Shown piece after piece: positions 1 through 8,873 of a DNA stretch of 64,000 bases (within the stretch, counting starts at the first letter, position 1; the number at the start of each line of letters is the position of its first letter). The DNA lies in assembly GCA_027310565.1 (NCBI GenBank), contig DAIDAP010000016.1:25017-89016 (forward strand), written 5' to 3'. The notes below the pieces were generated by a model, which was not told the DNA's origin, made no database searches, and was given only the letters and a program-made list of their open reading frames with translations. The stretch comes from Chloroflexota bacterium (lineage in GTDB: Bacteria > Chloroflexota > Limnocylindria > P2-11E). A program made the translations under genes and the position numbers.

Positions 1-844
1 CCTCGCCCTCGCGCAGCTCGGCGTCGACGGCGTCGAGCGCCCACACCGGCGAGCCGGGGTAGCGGAACGCGAGGGCCTCGGCGCGCGCGAGCGTCCTGCC
101 CGTCGCGCCGCCGCGCTCCGGGGCCGCGGGCGGCGGGCCCGGGACCCACACGCCGCGCTCCGCGAGGCGCGCGCCCTCGCGCGCGAACACGTCGGCGGGC
201 GCGCCGTCCGCGACGACCCCGCCACCGGGCTCGATGACGACGACGCGGTCGACGAGCGGCAGGACCTCGGCGAGGCGATGCTCGACGAGGACGAGCGTCC
301 GCTCGCGCGAGGCCGCGAGGTCCGCGATGAGCGCGCGGACGTCGGCGGCGCCGTCCGGGTCGAGGCTCGCGGTCGGCTCGTCGAGCAGGAGGAGCGACGG
401 CGCGAGCGCGATGACGCCCGCGATCGCGAGCCGCTGCTTCTCGCCGCCCGAGAGCGCGTCGGTGCGGCGCTCGCCCGGGTAGGGGAAGCCGACCGCGGCG
501 AGCGCGGCGTGCACCCGCGGCCAGATCTCCGCCGTCGGCACGCAGCGGTTCTCGAGCCCGAACGCGACGTCGTCGCCGGCGCGCCCCATCACGAGCTGCG
601 TCTCGGGGTCCTGGAAGACGATCCCCGTCTCCGCGCGGACGACGAGCTCGCCCTCGCGCTCGCCGCCGCCCGAGGTGTCGAGCAGGCCGGCGAGCGCGAG
701 CAGGAGCGTGCTCTTGCCCGCGCCCGACGGGCCGAGGAGGAGGACGCGCTCGCCCTGCTCGACGACGAGGTCGAGGCCGCGGATGGCCCAGGCCGACCGA
801 CCGGCGTGGCGCCAGCCGAATCCGCGCGCCTCGACGGCCGGCAC
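1..844 (-). CDS. ECF/ABC transporter ATP-binding protein (YkoD-like), runs off the left edge
   Basis: GTG start overlapping the S-component stop; Walker A GPSGAGKST, Q-loop VFQDP, signature LSGGEKQR, Walker B LLLDEP, H-loop VEHR. Confidence 0.9.
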   Translation of the reverse strand, partial: MPAVEARGFGWRHAGRSAWAIRGLDLVVEQGERVLLLGPSGAGKSTLLLALAGLLDTSGGGEREGELVVRAETGIVFQDPETQLVMGRAGDDVAFGLENRCVPTAEIWPRVHAALAAVGFPYPGERRTDALSGGEKQRLAIAGVIALAPSLLLLDEPTASLDPDGAADVRALIADLAASRERTLVLVEHRLAEVLPLVDRVVVIEPGGGVVADGAPADVFAREGARLAERGVWVPGPPPAAPERGGATGRTLARAEALAFRYPGSPVWALDAVDAELREGE

Positions 845-1419
845 TAAACGCGCCGCTGCATCGAGCCGGACGGGAGCTGCGAGAGCACGCCAGCCTGCGC
901 GAGCGCGTTCATGAGCCACCACGATCCGAGCCCGGCGATGACGACGGCCGAGATCAGCATGAACACGCCGATGACGAGCTGGTCGCCGAGCGCGAGCTCG
1001 GCGTAGTAGACGGGCATGTCGTGGAGCCACTCGCCGACCGCCGCGGCCGCGCCCGCGGCCATCGCGGTGATCGCGTTCCAGCTCCGGTAGAGCGTCGCGC
1101 CGAAGACGATCTCCGCGAGACCGCCCTGGATCGCTCCCGAGAGGAGCGTGTCCAGCCCCCACTGCGACCCGAGGATCGTCGAGACGCTCGCCGCGACGAG
1201 CTCGGCGAAGAGCGCGGCGCCGGGCCTACGCACGACGAGCGCGGCGAGGACCGCGGGGATGAGCCACACGCCGGAGATGAGGTACTCGGCGGGCGGCAGG
1301 AAGACGAACGCCGGCTTCGACGCCTCCCACACGAGGTTCCACGCCCAGAAGACCACGCCGAACGCGACCGCGATAGCCGCCGTGACCACGATGTCGACCG
1401 TGCGCCAGGTGCCGTTCAT
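844..1419 (-). CDS. ECF transporter S component, thiamine/HMP (YkoE family)
   Basis: WRTVDIVVTAAIAVAFGVVF and RRPGAALFAELVAA motifs, about 6 TM helices, in a TPP-riboswitch operon. Confidence 0.88.
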   Translation of the reverse strand: MNGTWRTVDIVVTAAIAVAFGVVFWAWNLVWEASKPAFVFLPPAEYLISGVWLIPAVLAALVVRRPGAALFAELVAASVSTILGSQWGLDTLLSGAIQGGLAEIVFGATLYRSWNAITAMAAGAAAAVGEWLHDMPVYYAELALGDQLVIGVFMLISAVVIAGLGSWWLMNALAQAGVLSQLPSGSMQRRV

Positions 1420-1420
1420 G

Positions 1421-2056
1421 TCATTCCTCCGTTTCGATGACGAGCAGGACGCCGGATGCGAGCGAGACGGATGCGGGTGGGGAGACGACGACGTTGGAAA
1501 GGCCGCGCGAGCGGCCGAAGGCGAGCGTCTCGTCGTCGAGCGCGTAGCGCAGACCGCTCGTGCGGACGCCGTGCGCGTCGCCCGCGACGGGAAGGAGCGT
1601 GACGATCGTGCCCGCGGCGCGGTCGATCGCGAGGCCGGAGCCGCCGTGGAGCGCGCGGATCACCGTCGGCCCGCGCGCCGCCCGCAGCGCGACGTCGCGG
1701 TACGCGGCGTCGGCGAGCAGCATGACGTTCGCGAGCACGTGGTCGATCCGCGTGCCGAACGCGCCGAGGAGCGTGATGTCGGTGGCGCCGCGGTCGAGCG
1801 CCACGCGGACGGCGAGCTCGGTGTCCGACTCGTCCTTCTCCGTCTCGTACGGCATGACCTCGACGCCGCGTCTGGCGAGGCGCCGCGCGCCCTCGCGTCC
1901 GAGCGAATCGAGATCCCCGACGAGGACGTGCGGGACCGTACCCCACCGCGCGAGGGTGAGCGAGCCCCCGTCGGCGGCGATGAGGAGGTCGGCACCGGCG
2001 CACCGCGCACGGTCCGCCTCGGCGGGATCACCGTGCGCGACGATGACCGCCCTCAT
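1421..2056 (-). CDS. thiN: Thiamine diphosphokinase
   Basis: IAADGG, VGDLDS, EKDESDTELA, GTRIDH, SGLRYAL and RGLSN motifs. Confidence 0.93.
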   Translation of the reverse strand: MRAVIVAHGDPAEADRARCAGADLLIAADGGSLTLARWGTVPHVLVGDLDSLGREGARRLARRGVEVMPYETEKDESDTELAVRVALDRGATDITLLGAFGTRIDHVLANVMLLADAAYRDVALRAARGPTVIRALHGGSGLAIDRAAGTIVTLLPVAGDAHGVRTSGLRYALDDETLAFGRSRGLSNVVVSPPASVSLASGVLLVIETEE

Positions 2057-2062
2057 GAAACG

Positions 2063-2087
2063 AAAAAGCGGCGCACCTGAGCGCCGC
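2063..2087 (-). terminator. Intrinsic terminator, expression platform of the TPP riboswitch
   Basis: Minus strand GCGGCGC-tcaggt-GCGCCGC-TTTTT just upstream of the thiN ATG. Confidence 0.75.
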
Positions 2088-2103
2088 AGCGAGGTCGCAC
2101 GCG

Positions 2104-2200
2104 TCTCGACTCCCTACGCTGACATTACTCAGATCAGGTTCTGGGGTCTGCGTTCGTCGCACTCTCAGCGCCGCACCACCCGGCGCTCCCCCGTCGTATG
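2104..2200 (-). ncRNA. TPP riboswitch (THI box)
   Basis: Minus strand GGGGAG...GCTGAGA...GACCC-CAGAACCTGATCTGAGTAATGTCAGCGTAGGGA, upstream of thiamine genes. Confidence 0.93.
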
Positions 2201-2223
2201 CGGTTGTCAGGAGAAGCGTACAC

Positions 2224-2334
2224 CTAAGCGGCGGCGCGCTCCTCCACCTCTCCCACCGCCTCGACCGGCGTGGTGGGCGCGACGAGCCACGCGATGATCA
2301 GGGCCGCGAAGGACGCGAGCGCGACGAGGTCCAT
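2224..2334 (-). CDS. 36-aa single-TM small protein (MDLVALASFAALIIAWLVAPTTPVEAVGEVEERAAA)
   Basis: Strong SD (AGGAGGAG) immediately after the amtB stop, ATG, hydrophobic N-terminus and acidic tail. Confidence 0.65.
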   Translation of the reverse strand: MDLVALASFAALIIAWLVAPTTPVEAVGEVEERAAA

Positions 2335-2345
2335 CTCTTCTCCTC

Positions 2346-3575
2346 CTAGATCTGGTACGCGGCCTCGCGGTGCTGCGACGCGTCCAGGCCGAGGACTTCT
2401 TCCTCCTCCGGCACGCGCAGCCCCACGAAGAGGTCGATCACCTTGAGGATCGCGAAGGTCATGACGGCGGCGTAGCCGGCCGTCGCCAGCACGGCGAGCG
2501 CCTGGATGCCGAGCTGCGCGGGGTTGCCGTAGACGAGGCCGTTCGCCGCGGCCGAGTTCACGGCGGTCGTCGCGAAGAGGCCCGTGGCGAGGGCGCCCCA
2601 GGTGCCGCCGATGCCGTGGACGCCGAACACGTCGAGCGCGTCGTCGACCCGCAGACGCTTGAGGACCTGGATCGCCGCGTAGCAGAACGTGCCGGCGCCC
2701 AGGCCGATGACGATCGCCGCCGACACGTCGACGAAGCCGGACGCAGGCGTGATCGCGACGAGGCCGGCGACCGCGCCGGCAGCCGCCCCGAGCACGCTCG
2801 GGGCGCCTTTGTGCAGCCACGAGACCGTCATCCAGGTGAGCGCCGCCATCGCCGCCGCGGTGTTGGTCACGACGAACGCCGACGTCGCGAGCCCGCCCGC
2901 GGTGAGCGCGCTGCCGGCGTTGAACCCGAACCAGCCGAACCACAGGAGCGACGCGCCGAGCACGGTCATGGTCGCGTCGTGTGGCTCGATCGGCTCCGAG
3001 CCGTAGCCCTTACGCCGTCCCAGGACGAGCGCCGCGACGAGCGCGGACACGCCGCTGGTGATGTGCACGACGGTGCCGCCGGCGAAGTCGAGCGCGCCCA
3101 GGCCGCGGAGCCACCCGCCGGTGCCCCAGACCCAGTGCGCGACCGGGTCGTACACCAGCGTCGCCCAGAGGAGCGTGAACACGACGAAGGCCTTGAAGCG
3201 CTTGCGCTCGGCGAACGCGCCGGTGATGAGCGCCGGCGTGATCACCGCGAACATCATCTGGAAGACCATGAACGCCTGCGCCGGGACGGTGGGGGCGTAG
3301 TCGGGGTTCGGCGCCTGTCCGACGCCACGGAGCGCGAACCATTCGAGCCCGCCGATGATCCCGCCCTTGTCCGGGCCGAACGCGAGCGAGTAGCCCCACA
3401 GGACCCACTGCACGCTGATGAGGGCGAGGATGAAGAAGCTGTGCATGATCGTCGCGAGGACGTTCTTGCGGCGCACCAGCCCGCCGTAGAAGAAGCCGAG
3501 CGCCGGCGTCATGAGCATCACCAGGGCCGCCGACATGAGGATCCACGCGGTATCGCCGCTCGAGATGTTTTCCAT
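2346..3575 (-). CDS. amtB: Ammonium transporter
   Basis: [67 protein letters not shown]. Confidence 0.97.
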   Translation of the reverse strand: MENISSGDTAWILMSAALVMLMTPALGFFYGGLVRRKNVLATIMHSFFILALISVQWVLWGYSLAFGPDKGGIIGGLEWFALRGVGQAPNPDYAPTVPAQAFMVFQMMFAVITPALITGAFAERKRFKAFVVFTLLWATLVYDPVAHWVWGTGGWLRGLGALDFAGGTVVHITSGVSALVAALVLGRRKGYGSEPIEPHDATMTVLGASLLWFGWFGFNAGSALTAGGLATSAFVVTNTAAAMAALTWMTVSWLHKGAPSVLGAAAGAVAGLVAITPASGFVDVSAAIVIGLGAGTFCYAAIQVLKRLRVDDALDVFGVHGIGGTWGALATGLFATTAVNSAAANGLVYGNPAQLGIQALAVLATAGYAAVMTFAILKVIDLFVGLRVPEEEEVLGLDASQHREAAYQI

Positions 3576-3632
3576 GCCGGGCAGCCTGCGGTCGCCGCCG
3601 CCGCCGGTCAGCGCCGATGTGGCACCGCGAGG

Positions 3633-3665
3633 GTTGCGACTCGGTGACCGTCACCATTGCGAAAT
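3633..3665. promoter_or_regulatory. Candidate nitrogen-regulator operator (GlnR-box-like pair around a palindrome)
   Basis: Palindrome GGTGAC-C-GTCACC at 3643-3655; GTCAC-n6-GCAAC on minus and GTCAC-n6-GAAAT on plus, upstream of amtB. Confidence 0.35.
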
Positions 3666-3806
3666 CGGCGAGCGCGGTCCGGCTCCGGATCCCGGAGGAC
3701 GAAAAGCCCTGGGCCCGTCACCGTTCGAGCACCGAACCGCCACCGCTCCGGGCTCCCCTCCGGCACGCGGCCGGCAGATGCTCGACGCGATGGCACGGAG
3801 GCGCAC

Positions 3807-3992
3807 ATGACCGAGATCACGCGCTGGCGCCCGGCGGGGAGCCGGCCGAGGCGGATCCACCTGCCGCTGCCCGAGCCGCCCCGCTCGCGCCGAGTGTCCC
3901 GGATCGCGCGCTCGCCGAAGGACCGCCTCGCGCGCGCGCTCGAGGAGTGGCTGCGCGAGCTCGCCGTCGCGCGGACGATCGACGCCGACTAG
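3807..3992 (+). CDS. Hypothetical 61-aa basic protein
   Basis: GGAGG SD 6 nt before ATG 3807; C-terminal amphipathic helix DRLARALEEWLRELA. Confidence 0.45.
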   Translation: MTEITRWRPAGSRPRRIHLPLPEPPRSRRVSRIARSPKDRLARALEEWLRELAVARTIDAD

Positions 3993-4027
3993 CCTCGCAC
4001 CGCCAGGAGCGCCGCGCGGACGGAACG

Positions 4028-4459
4028 CTACGCGGCGGAGCCTGCGCTGAGCGGGCGGGGTGCGCGCCGCATGTAGAGCGCGACGCCGAGCACGGCGACG
4101 ACGAGGCCGAGGACGAAGTAGAGGGGCTGCAGCCAGCCCTGCGGCGTGTCCGGCGATCCGAGCGCGGCGAACCCCACGACCCACACCTCGACGATCTCGA
4201 AGAGGGCCATCGCGACGCCCGCGGCGATCGCCGCGATCGCGCCGAACGTCGGCGTCGCCGCGACACCGAGCGCGGCGAGCGCCGAGAGGAGGCCGACGAG
4301 GCCGAGCGCGACGGCGGGGATGGTGAAGTCCGTGAACGGACCCGAGCGGAGCCAGTCGAGCGGCAGCGTGGGCACGACCCAGAGGGCGCCTGCCACCGCG
4401 GTGACGGCGATGAATGTCAGGAGCAGCGCGAGAGTCCAGCGGACGGTCCGCTCGGTCAC
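4028..4459 (-). CDS. Hypothetical 4-TM membrane protein
   Basis: GTGA overlap with upstream gene; PLDWLRSGPFTDFTIPAVAL and WLQPLYFVLG, four hydrophobic segments. Confidence 0.75.
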   Translation of the reverse strand: MTERTVRWTLALLLTFIAVTAVAGALWVVPTLPLDWLRSGPFTDFTIPAVALGLVGLLSALAALGVAATPTFGAIAAIAAGVAMALFEIVEVWVVGFAALGSPDTPQGWLQPLYFVLGLVVAVLGVALYMRRAPRPLSAGSAA

Positions 4460-5340
4460 GGCGTCGCCTCGGTCGCGATCCGTGCGTTGACGCGCGGCGC
4501 GCGGCGCGAGGCGGACGCGGCGCGCACGAAGGATCCGATGAGCGCGAGCGCGATGGCGCCCAGGACGACGCCCGGCGCCCAGTCTCCGGCGGTGACGGCG
4601 CCGCCGGTCGGGTCCGTGCCGAGGATGCTGATCGCCGAGAGGCCCAGCAGGTACGCCGCGGCCTGCAGCAGCAGACCGGGCGCGACGACAAAGCCGAGGG
4701 CCCGCCCGCGCCAGAGCAGCACGCCGCCCAGGAGCAGCGCGGGGAGCTGGATGGTGAGGTCGAGCGTCCACACCGAGTGGACGACCATGCCGGGCGCCTC
4801 GCCCCTCGTGGCCGCCGTGACGATGCCGGCCGACCACAGCGCGATGAAGAGCGACGCGACGGCGACGAGGAAGCCGCCGGTGGCCCGCTCCGGGACGAGC
4901 CTGCGCAGACGAGCGCGGATCACGGTCGCGTCGACGCTCGCGGCGACCGCGACCGCGGTGTAGGCGCTCACGGTCACGATGAGGAGGTAGGGGATGAAGA
5001 GCGCGTTCACCCTCGCGCCGAGGGCGTAGAACGCGTAGTCGTACACGACGTAGAAGAGCGCACCGAACCAGAGCGGCGGGCCGAGGAGCGCGCCCCGTCG
5101 CGTCAGGCCCATCGCGCCGAGGAGCAGCGGCAGCCCGACCACGAGATTGAGGACGTCCTGGCCGAGGAACGCCGGGAGGAGCGCGCGATCCACCCTGTAG
5201 AGGCCGGAGGCCCCGAACAGGAGACCCGCGGTCGACGCGATGGCCACGAGCGCCGCGACCAGGAGCGAGGCGACGTACACGGGCGGCCTCCCATGCGAGG
5301 ATGTGTCGGGGGCGTCCGGGCCGCGAGGGCGCATCGTCAC
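4456..5340 (-). CDS. Hypothetical multi-pass membrane protein
   Basis: About 7-8 TM segments, GQDVLNLVVGLP, LWFGALFYVVYDY and VWTLDL motifs; start uncertain. Confidence 0.75.
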   Translation of the reverse strand: MTMRPRGPDAPDTSSHGRPPVYVASLLVAALVAIASTAGLLFGASGLYRVDRALLPAFLGQDVLNLVVGLPLLLGAMGLTRRGALLGPPLWFGALFYVVYDYAFYALGARVNALFIPYLLIVTVSAYTAVAVAASVDATVIRARLRRLVPERATGGFLVAVASLFIALWSAGIVTAATRGEAPGMVVHSVWTLDLTIQLPALLLGGVLLWRGRALGFVVAPGLLLQAAAYLLGLSAISILGTDPTGGAVTAGDWAPGVVLGAIALALIGSFVRAASASRRAPRVNARIATEATP

Positions 5341-5419
5341 AGCCGTCGCCGACGAACGCTTCGTTCGTGTGGGGGACGCCCTTACGGGTCGTGTGAGGGG
5401 AGGAAGGCCTCGGTGGCCG

Positions 5420-6265
5420 TCAGCTCGCTGCGGCGGTGCGCTCGAGCGCGCCGACGAGGCCGGCGATCGCGGAGGGCAGCGCCGAGCGCTGGTCCTGGCG
5501 GGTGTCGTAGCCGCACAGGTCGATGCCGCGCACGTCCGCGGTCGTCACGACCTGCGTGACCAGCTCACGCAGCGCGGCGAGCGTCACCCCGCCCGGCGAC
5601 GGGAAGGCGACGGCCGGCATCGCCGACGGATCCACGACGTCCACGTCGACGTGCAGCCACACCGCGCGCCGGCGCGCGAAGGCGACGATCGGCGTGACGT
5701 CGCCGTGCTCGGCGTCGAAGGCGACGCGCACGAGACGCGAGCGCTCGAGGTTCTGCCGCTCGCCGGGGTCGAGCGCGCGCCCGCCCACGAGGGCGACGCG
5801 CTCGTCGGCGATGCGCCGCGCGCCGGGCCACAGGAGCGGGGCGACCGATCGGCCGCACACGTGCGCGAGGCACATGCCGCTCACGTAATGCGTCGGGGTG
5901 GTCGCGAGCGTGTTGAAGTCGCCGTGCGCGTCGACGTAGACGAGCGCGAGGTCGGGCTCGACCGCGAGCGCCCCCGAGAGCGATCCCGCGACGATCGTGC
6001 ACTCGCCGCCGAGGACGAGCACGCTCGCGCCGGAGCGGAGCGAGAGCGCGACGCCGTCGGCGAGCGTGCGGCAGGACTCGCGCGCGGCGGTGAGCCAGCG
6101 GTCGCGGGGGTTGAACGGGATGCGCGCGTGCTTCTCGGGACCGAGCGCGGGGACGAGGCGTTCGGCGAGGACGGCCGGCGCGGGCGCCAGACCGGCGAAA
6201 CGCTGTTCGGTGACCACACCGGCCTCGAACAGATGGAGCGGACGAGCCGCCATTTGTGGGCGCAT
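5420..6265 (-). CDS. Arginase/ureohydrolase-family protein, atypical active site
   Basis: LGGECT, YVDAHGDFNT, HVDVDVVDP, FPSPGG; alternative start ATG 6253. Confidence 0.85.
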   Translation of the reverse strand: MRPQMAARPLHLFEAGVVTEQRFAGLAPAPAVLAERLVPALGPEKHARIPFNPRDRWLTAARESCRTLADGVALSLRSGASVLVLGGECTIVAGSLSGALAVEPDLALVYVDAHGDFNTLATTPTHYVSGMCLAHVCGRSVAPLLWPGARRIADERVALVGGRALDPGERQNLERSRLVRVAFDAEHGDVTPIVAFARRRAVWLHVDVDVVDPSAMPAVAFPSPGGVTLAALRELVTQVVTTADVRGIDLCGYDTRQDQRSALPSAIAGLVGALERTAAAS

Positions 6266-6430
6266 GGTAGCCCGCCCGCATGCTCGCCGGCCAGCCCCGC
6301 CCGAGCGGGCCGGCGCCCGGGCGAGTCGAGCGGATCGCCCCCGCGGTGGGCCGGATGTGGCGGTCCGCGGAGCGGTGCCTGTAGGATGCGTCGCGGCCGC
6401 GCCGCGGAGCGCGAGGGAGGAGAACGGGAG

Positions 6431-7030
6431 ATGGGCACCGCGAACGCCGCGTCCACGGCCGGTCTGGTCGGGAGGGTCAGGGGGATCCTGCTGCGGCCCA
6501 AGGACGAGTGGCGGACGATCGAGGCGGAGCCGGCCACGGCCGCCGGGCTGTACCGGGGCTACGTGCTGCCGCTCGCGGCGATCGGCCCGGTGGCGACGCT
6601 CATCGGCAGCGTCGTCTTCGGCGTCAGCCTGCCGCTCGTGGGCACCGTCCGCTCGCCGATCGGCACCGCGATCACCGGCGCGATCGTGAGCTACGCGCTC
6701 ACCCTCGTCGGGACCTACGTCGCGGCGCTGGTCATCGACGCGCTCGCGCCGACCTTCGGCGCGACGCGCAACAGCACCCAGGCGCTCAAGGTCGCGGTCT
6801 ACGGGAACACCGCCTCGTGGGTCGTCGGGATCTTCGCCATCCTGCCGGCCCTCGGCGTGCTCCAGATCCTCGGCCTCTACAGCCTCTACCTCTTCTACCT
6901 GGGCCTGCCCGTGCTGATGAAGGCCCCGGCGGAGCGCGCGCTCACGTACACCGCCGCGGTCGTCGTCGCGCTCATCGTCATCTACGCGCTCATCGCGATC
7001 GTCGCGGGCTCGTTCATCCGGTACTACTAG
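6431..7030 (+). CDS. Yip1-domain membrane protein
   Basis: SD-like GGGAGGAG; RVRGILLRPKDEWRTIEAE, YVLPLAAI, LYSLYLFYLGLPVLMKAP. Confidence 0.85.
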   Translation: MGTANAASTAGLVGRVRGILLRPKDEWRTIEAEPATAAGLYRGYVLPLAAIGPVATLIGSVVFGVSLPLVGTVRSPIGTAITGAIVSYALTLVGTYVAALVIDALAPTFGATRNSTQALKVAVYGNTASWVVGIFAILPALGVLQILGLYSLYLFYLGLPVLMKAPAERALTYTAAVVVALIVIYALIAIVAGSFIRYY

Positions 7031-8141
7031 CGGGCGCTCGGTCGCCGAGCGACGCGAGGAGCCGGTCGATCGCGGCCAGGCCGGCGTGGAGGACGCGCGG
7101 CTCCATGCCGAAGCCGATGCGCAGGTGCCGCTCGGCGCGGAAGTGGATCCCTGGGACGACCATCGTCGAGTACTCGCGGATGAGCCGGTCGACGAGGGCC
7201 GTCGAATCGATGGGGAAGCGGTAGCTGAAGAAGCAGACCCCGCCGGCGCGGGGCGGCGTCCAGTGCAGCTCGCGCGAGCGGCCGGCGGCCCAGGCCTCCA
7301 GCGCCGGCCAGCGCTCGTTCAGGAGGAACCGCGCGCGCTCGAGGAGCCTCGTCCGCCGCTCGAGCGCGATCTCCGCGAGGCGCTCGGACACGGTCGCCGG
7401 CGCGATCGTCGTGTAGTCCTTGAGCCGCAGCGCGGCCTGCACCCGCTCGGGCGGCGCGACGATCCAGCCGATGCGCAGCCCCGGCAGCCCGTAGACCTTG
7501 GAGAGCCCGCCGGTCACCACGATGCGCTCGCCGCGCCCGCTGAACGACGCGCTCTCCTCGCCCGACAGCTCCGCGCCGCGGTAGACCTCGTCGGCGAGGA
7601 TCCACGCGCCGTGCCGCGACGCGACCTCGACGACGCCCGCGATGTCCGTTCGCGTGAGCGCCTGCGCGGTCGGGTTGTTCGGCGTGCACACGCAGACGAG
7701 CCGCGTCCTCGCGTTCACCGCCGCGGCGAGCGCATCGAGGTCGAGCGTCCAGCCGCGCTCCTCACGCAGCCAGACCTCGCGCACGCGCGCTCCGAGACCG
7801 GTCGCGATGCCGTGCACCTGCATGTAGCTCGGCATGACGACGACCACCTCGTCGCCGGCGGAGACGAGCGAGCCGAGCGCGAGGAAGTTCGCCTCGCTCG
7901 TCCCGGTCGTGATGACGACGTTCTCCGGGCCGGCCCCGTCGTGGAAGGCGCCGACGAGCGCGCGGGTCGCCTCGCGACCGACGCCCTCGGCGTAGCCGAG
8001 CCTCGTCCCGAGGAGCTCGCGCACGTCGCGCGCCGCCTCCTCGAGCGTGAGCGCTTCGACGCCCGACTCGGAGAGGTCGTAGCGGACGCGGTGCTCCCAC
8101 ACCGACTGCATCCGCTCCATCTCGAAGGTCGGCAGCTTCAC
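7014..8141 (-). CDS. PLP-dependent aminotransferase class I/II
   Basis: YDLSESG, PNNPT, ILADEVYRG, GGLSKVYGLPGLRIGW. Confidence 0.92.
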   Translation of the reverse strand: MKLPTFEMERMQSVWEHRVRYDLSESGVEALTLEEAARDVRELLGTRLGYAEGVGREATRALVGAFHDGAGPENVVITTGTSEANFLALGSLVSAGDEVVVVMPSYMQVHGIATGLGARVREVWLREERGWTLDLDALAAAVNARTRLVCVCTPNNPTAQALTRTDIAGVVEVASRHGAWILADEVYRGAELSGEESASFSGRGERIVVTGGLSKVYGLPGLRIGWIVAPPERVQAALRLKDYTTIAPATVSERLAEIALERRTRLLERARFLLNERWPALEAWAAGRSRELHWTPPRAGGVCFFSYRFPIDSTALVDRLIREYSTMVVPGIHFRAERHLRIGFGMEPRVLHAGLAAIDRLLASLGDRAPASSTG

Positions 8142-8164
8142 GGACGCAAGATACGCTCTGGCCC

Positions 8165-8785
8165 GTGCGGCGCATCGGACACCGCGGTGCCATGGGCCAC
8201 GCGCCGGAGAACACCATCGCCTCGTTCCAGAAGGCGATCGAGCTGGGCTGCGACGAGGTTGAGACGGACGTGTGGCTGGCGGCGGACGGCCGGCTCCTCG
8301 TCACGCACGACCGTCCCGGGCCGGGCGTCTCGCTCACGCTCGACGAGGTCCTCGACCTGTGCCGCGGGCGGATGGGGGTCGACGTCGAGCTGAAGTGCGA
8401 GGCGAGCGAGGACGCCGCGCTCGAGACCGGGCGCCGCGTGGCACGACGCATCGCCGAACGGGGCGACGGCGAGGTCTACGTCTCGAGCTTCTGGTGGCCA
8501 GCCCTGGAGGGCGCGCGCGGGACGGCGCCGGAGGTGCGGCGCGCGTACCTCTTCGCGTCGTCGCCGCGGCGCGAGACGCTCCTTCTCGACGCGCGCGAGC
8601 ACGGGCTCTGGGCGCTCCACCCGAACCGCGCGTACGTCACACCGGACCTCGTCCGCGACGCGCACGGCGCGGGGCTCGCGGTCCAGGTGTGGACGGTGGA
8701 CGATCCCGAGGAGATCCGGCGCTTCGTCGCGTGGGGCGTCGACGGGATCATGTCCGACTTCCCGGAGCGCGTCCCGAAGGGCTGA
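8165..8785 (+). CDS. Glycerophosphodiester phosphodiesterase
   Basis: IGHRG, PENT, VETDV, THD, VELK, VWTVDD, GVDGIMSDFP. Confidence 0.92.
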   Translation: MRRIGHRGAMGHAPENTIASFQKAIELGCDEVETDVWLAADGRLLVTHDRPGPGVSLTLDEVLDLCRGRMGVDVELKCEASEDAALETGRRVARRIAERGDGEVYVSSFWWPALEGARGTAPEVRRAYLFASSPRRETLLLDAREHGLWALHPNRAYVTPDLVRDAHGAGLAVQVWTVDDPEEIRRFVAWGVDGIMSDFPERVPKG

Positions 8786-8873
8786 TCGCGCACCTCGATG
8801 CCCACCTCCTCGCGGCGACGCGCCGCGCGGTCTCGGCGGCGGATTCGCCGGCCTCGCCTGCGCCTCCCGGGAT

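Noticed and set aside
3690-3760. Resemblance of hairpin plus GACGAAAAGCCCTGGGCC to a c-di-GMP-I riboswitch
   Set aside because: No GGCAAA lead-in, GNRA tetraloop or matching 3' receptor; kept only as an unexplained structured region.
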